Of a stretch of 64,000 bases of DNA, positions 9,813 to 19,616 are shown one piece after another. Where the stretch lies: contig JBMOPU010000012.1 of assembly GCA_049322955.1 (NCBI GenBank), positions 788,791 to 852,790 on the forward strand. Direction: 5' to 3'. Origin of the DNA: Patescibacteria group bacterium. Its GTDB lineage: Bacteria; Patescibacteriota; Microgenomatia; UBA10105; UBA927. The number at the start of each line of letters is the position of its first letter. The first letter of the stretch is position 1. A model generated the notes under the pieces. It saw only the letters and a program-made list of their open reading frames with translations. It was not told the origin of the DNA and did no database searches. Position numbers and translations under genes: made by a program.

Positions 9813-10916
9813 ATGACGCGAAAATCGGTGTTTTTGGTCATCATTGCCGTCTATATTGCCGTTTTCAGTGTGCATGCGTGGTATCTCCAAAAAACCGTCT
9901 ATGGTGACGGCATTTTTTATTATTCCTGGCTTCGATCGGTCGTCGTTGACCGTGATATCCACTTTGCCAACGAGTACCTAAAATCATCGGTTTCTCAACC
10001 GATGATTACGGAAACCAAACCAGGCAATAAGTACAGTATCGGACCGGCACTGTTTTGGGCACCGCCCTACGTAGCGATCCACACCGCACTACGGGGAGAC
10101 GGATGGACGTTAGCGTATCAGGTTGCGGCAGGGGTAACTTCCGTTGCCGCTTCTCTTGCGGGACTCATTTTATTAACCCGCCTGCCTCGTTTCCCGTCAG
10201 CCGTGATTGCCAGTACTATTTTGCTTCTTGCCGGTGCGACGAATTTACTGTTTTACGGAGCAATCGATCCCGTGAATTCACATGCGCTTTCCTTTTTTTG
10301 TGCGGTGATCTTTTTGGCGTTTTTGGGGATGCCGCAAAAAAATTGGAGTGCAATCGGCGTGAGTCTTGCCCTACTGGCATCCGTACGACTGCAGGACCTG
10401 GTGTACGTTTTGTTATTGTTGCCGCATGCGAAGCAGATTCGTTGGCAGAATTTGCTTGCCGGTTTCGGGATCGGGTTTATACCCCAGCTGGCCGCGTGGT
10501 ACGCACTCTACGGCACCCTCGCCAATCCATACCTTGCGGGCGGCGAAGGTTTTACGTTCCTCAGACCGCACATGTGGGGAGTACTTTTCGGCATCCAAAA
10601 CGGTCTCTTCCTTTGGACGCCGATTGTTGCCGTGGGCGTGTACGGATTACTCAGCAAATGGCGGAAATATAGGATGTATCTGCTCATTTTTGGCTTACAG
10701 TTATACTTTGTGTCAAGTTGGAGCACCTGGTGGCAAGGTGCCAGCGTCAGCGGACGCATGTTTGTGAGTACACTTCCGCTGATTGCATACGGGATTTCAG
10801 AGGTTATATCTACCCTTTATCGCCACCGGATTCTTCGAGGAGTTCTGCCGCACATCACCGTGAGCGTTTGTGTCATCAATGCCCTGGGGATCGCGTATTA
10901 CCTTGTCAGCCACTAA
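9813..10916 (+). CDS. GT-C fold membrane glycosyltransferase-like protein (ArnT/PMT-like)
   Basis: Start chosen at ATG 9813 (MTRKSVFLVII...) rather than ORF-track 9597, which would overlap the divergent GT2 gene. Multi-TM with acidic loop motif VVDRDIHFANEY after TM1, reminiscent of PMT/ArnT loop-1 DE motif. Divergently paired with a GT2. Confidence 0.45.
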   Translation: MTRKSVFLVIIAVYIAVFSVHAWYLQKTVYGDGIFYYSWLRSVVVDRDIHFANEYLKSSVSQPMITETKPGNKYSIGPALFWAPPYVAIHTALRGDGWTLAYQVAAGVTSVAASLAGLILLTRLPRFPSAVIASTILLLAGATNLLFYGAIDPVNSHALSFFCAVIFLAFLGMPQKNWSAIGVSLALLASVRLQDLVYVLLLLPHAKQIRWQNLLAGFGIGFIPQLAAWYALYGTLANPYLAGGEGFTFLRPHMWGVLFGIQNGLFLWTPIVAVGVYGLLSKWRKYRMYLLIFGLQLYFVSSWSTWWQGASVSGRMFVSTLPLIAYGISEVISTLYRHRILRGVLPHITVSVCVINALGIAYYLVSH

Positions 10917-12096
10917 GCACTTCGTTGTACAAGTCTGCAATTTGACGGGCGCCGACAGTTATGTCGTGTACGACTTGTGCCCGTTTGCGCGCACGCGTTG
11001 CCAGCGTAGCGCGCAGTTGCGGTGTGGTCACTAATTTGGTTATGGCGGATGCAAGTGCTGATGCGTCGCCGGGTGGAACAAGCAATGCCGCGCCGCCGAC
11101 GTTTTCCGGAATACCCCCGGTGCGTGTCGTCACAATAGGGAGCCCTGTTGCCTGCGCTTCCAGAAGCGTCATCCCATATTGCTCTTCCCATGTGGCAATC
11201 GGTTTGCTCGGGGCGACAAAAATATCGGCTGAGCGATAGATAGTCGGCATCCGGTCATACGTAGCACTCTCTAAACTAGAGTGCCAATTTTTCCCTTTTT
11301 CCTCAGAAAGCCGCAAAACGTCCCGTTTGAGTGCGCCATCTCCAACGAATCGCCATCGAAATTCGTACGTACGTAACTGCGGCATAGCCCCCAATCGACG
11401 TACGGTCTCAAGAAGCTCGTCTATCCCTTTTTCCTGAACCAGCCTGCCGGCATATAAAATGGTAAAGGACTTTTTCCCGGGGGCTCCTGCCTTTCGCTCC
11501 CACCCTACGGGCGGATGAAATCGTGACGTATCCACGTGTGCCCCGATAACGCTAATGCGCGCGCCGTCAGCTCCCTCCATAATGAGTGCCTCTTTGGCCT
11601 TCCGGGTTACGGCGATGATGTGATCAAGCTCCTGAATCGCCCGCTGTTTGAAATGTGCCCGCCCCCATATGCCTTCATTGGCATGGGGAAGCGTCTCCCA
11701 TACGGTGGCGATGACTTTCTTCACCATACCCGCCTTTTTGGCATCAAGGCATTGCTTGGTGTAGTGGTAGTAGGTTTCGGCGGTATGCGCGATATCTACA
11801 CCCGCAAGCCGCTTCTCCAGCCCGAATAGGTAATGCGCATCGACGAATATTCGATTGAGGATCGGCATCTTGTACGGAAAATTCGGTATATCCATAGGGC
11901 TAAAAAGCGCGGTCACCGGGAAGGGAAAAGAGTGATGAATGCTTTTTTGGGATCCGATCGCCGTGAGATCAAAGCGACGAGAGAGCGGCGCAAAACTCTG
12001 CATATCATACCGGTTTAGAAATGCGCCGCGGACAAGGGCAACTCGTGGTTTTTGCATACGGATGGGGTTAGAAAACACTCGCAACACTTTGTGCAA
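10906..12096 (-). CDS. Glycosyltransferase family 4 (GT-B, RfaB-like)
   Basis: C-terminal GT4 signature EEQYGMTLLEAQATGLPIVTTRTGGIPE (E-x7-E motif). Confidence 0.8.
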   Translation of the reverse strand: MHKVLRVFSNPIRMQKPRVALVRGAFLNRYDMQSFAPLSRRFDLTAIGSQKSIHHSFPFPVTALFSPMDIPNFPYKMPILNRIFVDAHYLFGLEKRLAGVDIAHTAETYYHYTKQCLDAKKAGMVKKVIATVWETLPHANEGIWGRAHFKQRAIQELDHIIAVTRKAKEALIMEGADGARISVIGAHVDTSRFHPPVGWERKAGAPGKKSFTILYAGRLVQEKGIDELLETVRRLGAMPQLRTYEFRWRFVGDGALKRDVLRLSEEKGKNWHSSLESATYDRMPTIYRSADIFVAPSKPIATWEEQYGMTLLEAQATGLPIVTTRTGGIPENVGGAALLVPPGDASALASAITKLVTTPQLRATLATRARKRAQVVHDITVGARQIADLYNEVLSG

Positions 12097-13144
12097 AACC
12101 CGACCAGGTAAATTGCTTGGCGCGTGTTTTCCCCATATGCGCCAAGGTATGACGGAGATCTTTTTGTGTGGCTATTCGTATCATCGCACGGGTGAGGGCG
12201 GCGTCATCCTCCGGATCCACCAGTAGACCCGCATTTTCCACCACCTCAGGATATGAACCTGCGGTTGATCCGATAACAGGAGTGCCCGTCGCCATGGCTT
12301 CAACGACCGGAAGACCGAACCCTTCAATGAGCGATACACTGACAAACGCGGTGGCACCCCGATAATACTGGGAAAGGGTTTCATCATCGACAAACCCTAT
12401 CGTGTGCACCCTGTCTCGTATGCCGAGCGCGTTAATGGTTGCCGAGATCCCCGGATCTAACCAGTAATCGCTTCCCGCCAGGATAAAATCATACGGCGTT
12501 TTACTCGACTTCAAAAAATCCGCGAATGACCGAAGCATCATCGGAACGTTTTTCCCCGGTTTCAAGGAACCGACAAACAAAAAGTACGGATTCGTTCCCT
12601 TAAATACCGGACCGGTTGGATGGAATTGTTTTTCCACACCCAAATAGGCAACCGTGAGCTTCTCCGGCCGTACCTTGTAATGTTTCCGTATGCTTGCGGC
12701 GGATGCATGTGAGATGGTGATGATATGATCGGCACGCCGAACGACATCGGCTGTTTGTCGGGAAAGGGCAAAATACGACTCGCGATAAAATTCTGGCTGA
12801 TCCATGAATCCGACGTCATAAATAAACCCGATTTTTCTAACGTCGTACAATGTAAGTGGAAGGGCTTGTGAAATACCTAAATACACCTCTACGGGATGTT
12901 TGATAAGTTCTATCGGTTGCCAGATTTTTTGAAACCCGTGGCGCGGTAATCCGACAAATGAAACATTCTTTCGGATAAGCGAAGCACTACCCTCCTCTCC
13001 CCTTTTGAAGCTGTACACCCTATAGTCATTTGCCGCGGCAAATCGGGGCAATTCTTTCACGAGGTTATAGGCTACCCGATACACACCGACTTTTAACCGG
13101 TCATCCGAGATAGAAAGTGCACCGCCGTCTATGCCAACCTTCAT
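12068..13144 (-). CDS. Glycosyltransferase family 4 (GT-B)
   Basis: EGFGLPVVEAMATGTPVIGSTAGSYPEVV signature; 29-nt overlap with downstream GT4 suggests translational coupling. Confidence 0.8.
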   Translation of the reverse strand: MKVGIDGGALSISDDRLKVGVYRVAYNLVKELPRFAAANDYRVYSFKRGEEGSASLIRKNVSFVGLPRHGFQKIWQPIELIKHPVEVYLGISQALPLTLYDVRKIGFIYDVGFMDQPEFYRESYFALSRQTADVVRRADHIITISHASAASIRKHYKVRPEKLTVAYLGVEKQFHPTGPVFKGTNPYFLFVGSLKPGKNVPMMLRSFADFLKSSKTPYDFILAGSDYWLDPGISATINALGIRDRVHTIGFVDDETLSQYYRGATAFVSVSLIEGFGLPVVEAMATGTPVIGSTAGSYPEVVENAGLLVDPEDDAALTRAMIRIATQKDLRHTLAHMGKTRAKQFTWSGFAQSVASVF

Positions 13145-13920
13145 AATTTTCCTTCCTTTATCATACCAAAGCGACCGAAGACGAAATCGCGAAGCCCGAG
13201 CAATGCCCCTTTTTCCCGGCGAGCGACGTGTTCATACAGCGTTTTCCCCAGACGGAAAAATTCGTAGAGCTTTACGGGAGTAGGCGCCAGGCGGGCAACA
13301 AACAGCATATGATTCCGCGCGAGATAGTACTGATGCAACTCCGATCCTCTCCCCAATGAAGCGGATTCTTCATGGGCAACGTCGACAAGATCTATACGCG
13401 TTAACGGATACCCTGCGTTTTTGGTACGGATGCAGTAGTCCGCGTCTTCGTAATAGAGAAAGTACGGTTCGTAGAAGTAGCCGACTTTGCCGATGATGCG
13501 CTCATGGATCGCAACGCATGAACCCGTGAGATAATCAAGCTTTTTCGAGGGAAGAATGGTCGTCCAGCGACTTTCATCGAGCCCCGCGGCAAAGGTGCCT
13601 GCTACACATGGAGGAAGTTTCCGGAGCTGACGAATAAGCGATAACACGGCCGGTCGGGTAAGCACCATATCCTGATTTAAAATCACAAACCATTTGGCGC
13701 CGAAGCCGCTGGCGTTATGTATCCCGATATTTGCCGCCGCACCGTAGCCAACATTTTTTGTCTGCGACAACAGTGTAGCGCGCCCCACATCATCAAGGGT
13801 CAACGTTCCTCCGTTATCGACGATAATGACGGGATACCCTTCCAAGGTACGAAGCAACCTCCGAAAGTCGCGCATCTTCGGGCGATACGCGATGATAATA
13901 AATGCGATGGACTTGTTCAT
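13141..13920 (-). CDS. Glycosyltransferase family 2 (rhamnosyltransferase-like)
   Basis: IAFIIIAYRP...VIIVDNGG...FYYEDADYCIR typical of WbbL/GT2 rhamnosyltransferase-like enzymes. Confidence 0.75.
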   Translation of the reverse strand: MNKSIAFIIIAYRPKMRDFRRLLRTLEGYPVIIVDNGGTLTLDDVGRATLLSQTKNVGYGAAANIGIHNASGFGAKWFVILNQDMVLTRPAVLSLIRQLRKLPPCVAGTFAAGLDESRWTTILPSKKLDYLTGSCVAIHERIIGKVGYFYEPYFLYYEDADYCIRTKNAGYPLTRIDLVDVAHEESASLGRGSELHQYYLARNHMLFVARLAPTPVKLYEFFRLGKTLYEHVARREKGALLGLRDFVFGRFGMIKEGKL

Positions 13921-15338
13921 TTTCTCCTGAGCAATTCCCCGCCTTCCGCCGGCGGCGCGCCTATTTTTTCATACTTTGCCGAAACATACAAGAAAAGTGC
14001 CTCCGGCGCGTATCCATCGTAATATTTATTCGGCGGATGAAACGGAGCGTACAGGATGTACTCGGGCTTTGCGGCTTCAAGCGAGCGGATCAGCCGGTCT
14101 TCCATGCCGGGAACTTTTCCGTTCCACGGAAAAAGAGGAACCCAGGGAAGCACTACCGGTGTTTCATTTCGCCCAAAGTACACATAATCGTAATTTCCCA
14201 AAACATACAGACTCCCGGGAGCATGGTCATCGAGATATGAAACAAGCGATTCATACTTGGCGGTAAAAAAAGTCGGTTGCATCGGGTCACGAAGCGTGAC
14301 AAAGACTCTGAAGCTCCGCCAGCTCCCGAGAATTGTCAGACATATCGCAAAAACAAGTAAGACAATTCGCGTGTTTTTCTTGTGATAATCAACGGCTCCG
14401 AGAAACGAAAGCCCCACAGCAATAAACGCAAGCATCGGTTGCAATCGATGCAGTCCCCATCGAGGAAGACCGGCCAAAAGTACCGCCACCGTGAACACGA
14501 TAAGGAGCAATCGCTCTTTTTTCATGGGTGACAGGATAAGTGCGGCAAAAGGGATGAGCGCCGGGGCAATGAGGGTCAGATCGGAACGGGGCGGAGCAAG
14601 CGCATACATGCTTGATTGTCCCGACAGAAAACCCAAAAATCCGAATACCCAGAAGCCGTATTCGACACCCGCACCCTGAAGGGCAAAGTATCCCCAGGAT
14701 ATGCCTTGCATGACAACGGTAACCGCACCGATAGCAACCGCATGAAAAAAGGATGAACGTTTTTCCTTTCCCGTTAGCCAGATAAACAGACATATGAAAG
14801 CAAGCGGCCAAATAGCGGTTTGTTTGATCAGCGTCGCGATGCCCAGGATGGCTCCCACCAAAAGCACGCGGGACAACCGCGGTCTCTCAATATAACCGAG
14901 AAGTAATAAGTAGGTAAGAAGGTAGAGCGGGGCAAGTATCGTCTCATACCAAATGGTATTACCGGAAAAAATCGGTTGCCAAAGAACGAAAAAGAAAAGA
15001 GCAATAATGCCCATCAATCCCGACTTTGTGACTTTCCTGGACACCACATAAACCAGCCAATCGGTCAGCAAAATAAATCCGTATGCGATAGCTCGTTCGG
15101 AACCCGGACTATAACCGAGAAGTGAATATAACCCATGAAGCAAATAATACGACCCGGGGACATACGCGAGTACAACATCACGATAGTACAACATTCCTTT
15201 GCTGAGAAACCACGGATAGACCAGCATCTCAGGCCAATCCACGAATGTCGTATGGAACAGCAACCAAAGATGGAAGGCAATCGCAGTAAGGAACGCGGTG
15301 ATCTCCAAATACGGATTTAGCCGAAAATATTTCGCCAT
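13917..15338 (-). CDS. GT-C fold membrane glycosyltransferase-like protein (ArnT/PMT-like) with C-terminal extracytoplasmic domain
   Basis: ~10 TM helices then ~150 aa soluble C-terminal domain, architecture of ArnT/PMT/PglB-type GT-C enzymes. Start set at internal Met (MAKYFRL...) to limit overlap with the upstream GT2; the longest ORF would start at 15416. Confidence 0.45.
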   Translation of the reverse strand: MAKYFRLNPYLEITAFLTAIAFHLWLLFHTTFVDWPEMLVYPWFLSKGMLYYRDVVLAYVPGSYYLLHGLYSLLGYSPGSERAIAYGFILLTDWLVYVVSRKVTKSGLMGIIALFFFVLWQPIFSGNTIWYETILAPLYLLTYLLLLGYIERPRLSRVLLVGAILGIATLIKQTAIWPLAFICLFIWLTGKEKRSSFFHAVAIGAVTVVMQGISWGYFALQGAGVEYGFWVFGFLGFLSGQSSMYALAPPRSDLTLIAPALIPFAALILSPMKKERLLLIVFTVAVLLAGLPRWGLHRLQPMLAFIAVGLSFLGAVDYHKKNTRIVLLVFAICLTILGSWRSFRVFVTLRDPMQPTFFTAKYESLVSYLDDHAPGSLYVLGNYDYVYFGRNETPVVLPWVPLFPWNGKVPGMEDRLIRSLEAAKPEYILYAPFHPPNKYYDGYAPEALFLYVSAKYEKIGAPPAEGGELLRRK

Positions 15339-16009
15339 AGCAGTAACCAATACATAAGGCTTTCCATATAGCCGAAGCAAAGTGCTATGAGTATTCCTCG
15401 CCATCCGTCCCGCCACCCCTCATCTTTAATGGCTCGCGCCCAAACCATATGAGGACCGTAGAGAAAAAGTTTTTTGAGCGTTACTCTTTCTCCCGCTTTT
15501 TTCTTTTCCCCTGCCATCTGCCATGCATATTTAGTGAATTTGAGTAGAACATAAGTAATTGACCTATATGAATAGTGCAATATTTTGCCACGACATACGC
15601 CAATATCTCCATTTACGGATATTTCCTCATGTATTGGCAACTCCGATACAGATGCTTTTATTTTTTTAAATAAACGTACTTTTTTGTACACTTCCCCCCC
15701 ATATAAAAGTGGCTTATCACCGACATGGTTTTGATATCTAATTGCATAGCCTGAAATCAAGATATTAGGGTTGCTAATAATCCTTCGAATATCAATTAAA
15801 AGATCGTCTGTAACGATCTCATCAGTATCAAGCAATAAGACCCATTCATAAGCGGCAAGTCTTAAGAGATGATTCTTTCGAGCACCTAGAGGCTCGTAAC
15901 CATTTTGACTAATATCTACGATTATTTGTGGGTTTAACGGTAATACGCTTTTAATAGTTCTAATTAAGTAATCGTCTATTTTTTGGCAAATGATCAAAAT
16001 AGATATCAT
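15317..16009 (-). CDS. Glycosyltransferase family 2 (WaaE/KdtX-like), AT-rich
   Basis: MISILIICQK...LLLDTDE (DxD)...C-terminal hydrophobic tail; paralogous in organisation to 9039..9785; strongly AT-rich codon usage versus the surrounding genome. Confidence 0.7.
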   Translation of the reverse strand: MISILIICQKIDDYLIRTIKSVLPLNPQIIVDISQNGYEPLGARKNHLLRLAAYEWVLLLDTDEIVTDDLLIDIRRIISNPNILISGYAIRYQNHVGDKPLLYGGEVYKKVRLFKKIKASVSELPIHEEISVNGDIGVCRGKILHYSYRSITYVLLKFTKYAWQMAGEKKKAGERVTLKKLFLYGPHMVWARAIKDEGWRDGWRGILIALCFGYMESLMYWLLLWRNIFG

Positions 16010-16011
16010 AA

Positions 16012-16857
16012 TTATAATTTCTTCAAAAGAAGTAAAGATAAACCGCCTCGATTCGTTATAACACTTAGCAACTCAATTATATGTAATATAGGCATAAGGA
16101 TAATAAATAAACACTTAGTGAACATATTTTTCTTGAATATGCCCATAATATTTAAGATGAAGTCATTTCGATCTTGGTATGTAAATTTCTTTAATATGAT
16201 AAATCCTCTATTTTGCATGTATTGCGATATAAAATCAAAAGAAAAATGAAGCACATGGTCGGGAATTGACCACCAATCCCATTTTTCTCCTGTAATATAT
16301 GCCATATAACTTTTGTAATTTGGTACTTGAAGCAAAAGAAGACCATTTGGTTTTAAAACCCGCTTTAGTTCTGTAATATTATTATTAATGTTAATGCTGT
16401 GTTCTAGTACATCAAGACAAGTTATCACATCAAAGAAATTATCGTTGTAAGGTATTTGATCTAGGGAACCTGTAGCGATATTCAGTTTAGAATTAAGTTT
16501 TGCTACTTTCCGCAATTTATCGTTTGGTTCAACACCATATGGATTAAAAAAGCTATTCTTTTTAACATATTTTAGAAAAAAGCCCGTGCCACAACCAATA
16601 TCAAGCAAGTTTCCATCTGTTTTATATCTATTGATTAAATGTAGGAAATTTTTATATCTCTCATTAAACTTACTCAATTTTTCCTCATAATCTTTTGCAT
16701 AACCTGTTTCATATTGTTTTTTTATAAATTTTTTTCTTTTTTCTTCATCTACTGGGTTAAAAAGTAAGGTGCATTTATTGCATGAAAAAATCACATGACC
16801 ACTTATATTTGCATATTCACTAGTAATTTCTGAGCCACATGATGGACACGGATACAT
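16012..16857 (-). CDS. Class I SAM-dependent methyltransferase with N-terminal Zn-ribbon
   Basis: CPSCGS...CNKC Zn-ribbon, then motif I LLDIGCGTGFF and motif post-I/II (VITCLDVLEH), Methyltransf_11/12-like; AT-rich. Confidence 0.7.
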   Translation of the reverse strand: MYPCPSCGSEITSEYANISGHVIFSCNKCTLLFNPVDEEKRKKFIKKQYETGYAKDYEEKLSKFNERYKNFLHLINRYKTDGNLLDIGCGTGFFLKYVKKNSFFNPYGVEPNDKLRKVAKLNSKLNIATGSLDQIPYNDNFFDVITCLDVLEHSININNNITELKRVLKPNGLLLLQVPNYKSYMAYITGEKWDWWSIPDHVLHFSFDFISQYMQNRGFIILKKFTYQDRNDFILNIMGIFKKNMFTKCLFIILMPILHIIELLSVITNRGGLSLLLLKKL

Positions 16858-16954
16858 GCGGGTAGTTTATCACATTCTTTATGTGGTATTTCTTACTGAC
16901 AATATTTTTATGTAGTGCTATTTTCAAAATTATATTTGTAGCCGCAGGAGATTT

Positions 16955-18937
16955 ATGAAATTATTCCTGTCCACTCTAGCGGTTTTGATTTTCTGTATTT
17001 TTCTTTTAGCTCAAACCACGTCGGTTAAGGCGTCTTATATCTTCTCTGATTCCTTTTTAAACTCATATAGCAATGAATGGAGCGTACCTAGTAGTACTTT
17101 CCCTCCCGTTTTAACTTCATCCGGGATTACAGGTACTGATATAAGTAATTCGTGGACTGTTTTGGAATATGCTATTGCAGGCAACTATATTTATCAGATT
17201 GAATTTGATATTACTGTTAATAAATCAACAAGCCAACAAACATGGGGACTTGGTATAGGTGATAACCAAAATAACTGGAAAATTATAAACACATGGCAAA
17301 ATTATCTTCAATTACATGATTCAAATAATAACGATAAGCTTGTGTCTTGGAATCATTCTTTAGGCAAGCATCATTTCGTTGTAAGAATATCACCTCAATC
17401 TAACACAGACATTATTATTTATGAGGACGATATTTTGTTAGGATCCGTTAACACCTCTTCTTCCTTTGAATTAACTAGAGTTTGGATATCTTTTTTGGGT
17501 AACGGAGACTACGAAATGGCAAATTTTGTTCTTTCCACATACGAAGAACCTACACCGACCCCAACGGTAGAACCGACGTTAACCCCGACACCATCGCCCA
17601 CTCCTACACCAACGCCTTTACCGACAGCGACTCCCACACCGGCATCTGAAGCACCCCGGAAAGTTATCGTCATACATGGCGCGGGAGGAAGTTGGAACAA
17701 AGACGCCCTCCTAAATTGCAAAACGACCGAATATTCGGGAGATTGGTCGCCGTGGAAAATAAAAAATGCTGATATATATGATTCACTTACCAATAATATA
17801 CGAGCACACGGATATGAAGTGTTGCCGTTTTACTACGATTGGCGAAGAAATGCACCGGATTCCGCACAACAACTCAACGCATTTATCACTTCCCGAGTGC
17901 CAGCCGGTCAGATGGCTGATGTCGTGGCACACAGTTTTGGCGGAATAGTGAGCCGAACATATGTGGCATCCGCAAAAAGCGAAAGTCGTATCCGATCGCT
18001 ACTCACGGTTGGCACCCCGCATCAGGGATCAGTGCTTGCATATCCTGCGTGGTCTGCAGGCGAAATGTGGATAGACGATATCTCAATACGGCTCGGATTT
18101 ACCATGATGCGCGTAGGGTGTGCCATCAAAAACGACATGTCCGCGCGGGAAACAGTACATGTATCAATTCCGGCAACACAAAACATTTTACCGATATTTG
18201 ATTATCTGAAAACACCGTCGGGGAAAACCATTTCCGTAGCGGAAATGACGGCAACAAATAATCTGCTTCCCGATACATATGTGCCGCCTTACTACGACAT
18301 ACGGGTAGGTGCTCTATCCGGTTCCGGATATCAGACGCTTCGCACGCTAGAAGTACAACCGGCAAGCAAAAATGATCGTCGGCTAGGGAATTGGACAGAC
18401 GGTAGGCCGACAAATAATAAAGCCTATGCCGATGGTGACGGCACGGTATTAACCGAGAGTAGCGTGTTATCGGATGCTGAAAATGTAATACTTCCGCTCG
18501 ATCATGCCGGATTGGTGACTGATCCGACCGGAATCGATGCCATACTTGGTTTTCTTGATAACCAGGCTTTTACACAATCAATGCTGAGATTGAACAGGCA
18601 AACACCAATCAAAATCAAACCTGCAAAAAACACCTCGGCACTTCTTCTCGTTGCCGATAACGCGCATCTTACGCTTACCGACAATAACGGAAATAAAACG
18701 ACCGATGATGAAGGGCAAATCACCATTCTCGATCCCCACCTGCAGGCATATACCCTTACTGTCATACCGTCTAAAAAATGGTGGTGGCAGAAAAAAGCGA
18801 AAATTATCGTTATCCAGCTCTTCGACGACGGCACTTCAACCTGGAAAGAATATACCCACACGGGCACCGGGAACAAAAAATGGAAACTTCGATTTGATGC
18901 GCATCGAAAAAACAACGACATCCTACATGACCGATGA
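16955..18937 (+). CDS. Secreted alpha/beta-hydrolase lipase/esterase (PGAP1/LCAT-like) with N-terminal unknown domain and Pro/Thr-rich linker
   Basis: Signal peptide-like N-terminus; ~190 aa unknown domain; linker EEPTPTPTVEPTLTPTPSPTPTPTPLPTATPTPAS; catalytic region with VVAHSFGG (GxSxG-type nucleophile elbow) and HAGLV near C-terminus. Composition switches from AT-rich (N-terminal domain) to GC-rich (hydrolase domain). Confidence 0.65.
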   Translation: MKLFLSTLAVLIFCIFLLAQTTSVKASYIFSDSFLNSYSNEWSVPSSTFPPVLTSSGITGTDISNSWTVLEYAIAGNYIYQIEFDITVNKSTSQQTWGLGIGDNQNNWKIINTWQNYLQLHDSNNNDKLVSWNHSLGKHHFVVRISPQSNTDIIIYEDDILLGSVNTSSSFELTRVWISFLGNGDYEMANFVLSTYEEPTPTPTVEPTLTPTPSPTPTPTPLPTATPTPASEAPRKVIVIHGAGGSWNKDALLNCKTTEYSGDWSPWKIKNADIYDSLTNNIRAHGYEVLPFYYDWRRNAPDSAQQLNAFITSRVPAGQMADVVAHSFGGIVSRTYVASAKSESRIRSLLTVGTPHQGSVLAYPAWSAGEMWIDDISIRLGFTMMRVGCAIKNDMSARETVHVSIPATQNILPIFDYLKTPSGKTISVAEMTATNNLLPDTYVPPYYDIRVGALSGSGYQTLRTLEVQPASKNDRRLGNWTDGRPTNNKAYADGDGTVLTESSVLSDAENVILPLDHAGLVTDPTGIDAILGFLDNQAFTQSMLRLNRQTPIKIKPAKNTSALLLVADNAHLTLTDNNGNKTTDDEGQITILDPHLQAYTLTVIPSKKWWWQKKAKIIVIQLFDDGTSTWKEYTHTGTGNKKWKLRFDAHRKNNDILHDR

Positions 18938-18957
18938 TTCGATGGCAAAATGAACCG

Positions 18958-19251
18958 CTATTTTACCTCGTGATATTTCAACATTGTTTGTAGCGCTACT
19001 CTTGAAGGATTAAAAAGTACCGCTTTCATTTCCATGTTCGGCCAGACCCCACGGCGCAGATAGATACGGGGCGTTTCGGTATGCCCGTCTATGGAAGCCA
19101 TTTTTGCCACGGCCTGTATGACCGGAGCCTCCGAACTCATATTATGAAATTCAAACGCAAGTCCCGCCCTTTCTAACGCTTCAGTGACCGTTGCCGTCGC
19201 GTCACTGATTTTGTAGCCATATACATCGATCATCCACTTAGCTTCTGTCAT
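18958..19251 (-). CDS. Hypothetical protein (97 aa)
   Basis: ORF with protein-like composition; no recognisable motif. Confidence 0.35.
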   Translation of the reverse strand: MTEAKWMIDVYGYKISDATATVTEALERAGLAFEFHNMSSEAPVIQAVAKMASIDGHTETPRIYLRRGVWPNMEMKAVLFNPSRVALQTMLKYHEVK

Positions 19252-19306
19252 GGATGAATTATACCGTAAAATGTGTACTTTAGCGCGTATTTACAAGGCA
19301 AAGCGG

Positions 19307-19603
19307 TTACTCAGCAAGGAGAATCAGCCGTGGACCCGGTCGATCGGACTGAGGAGTACGCGAAACTCTGGTGAACCGAATATCGGTGATATTTGCCCGC
19401 ATATCACACATTGCCTCCCATCCTGTTTTTTGAGAAACATACGATGCCCTCTCCTCGCCGTCGGTTGTCTGTACCATGAAGAATGTTCCTTTATCGTCGA
19501 GAGGACTTTCAAAAATAAGAAGCGCTTCGGACTTTTTGGCACTGTTCCGCTTGCCGTGCGCGTAAAACACGTATTGTTCGCATTCCGCAATTTTCGTACT
19601 CAC
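19307..19603 (-). CDS. Hypothetical protein (98 aa)
   Basis: More protein-like than the overlapping + strand ORF 19250..19645 (Cys/Arg-rich); co-directional with flanking genes. Confidence 0.3.
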   Translation of the reverse strand: MSTKIAECEQYVFYAHGKRNSAKKSEALLIFESPLDDKGTFFMVQTTDGEERASYVSQKTGWEAMCDMRANITDIRFTRVSRTPQSDRPGPRLILLAE

Positions 19604-19616
19604 CTACCTCATTTGC

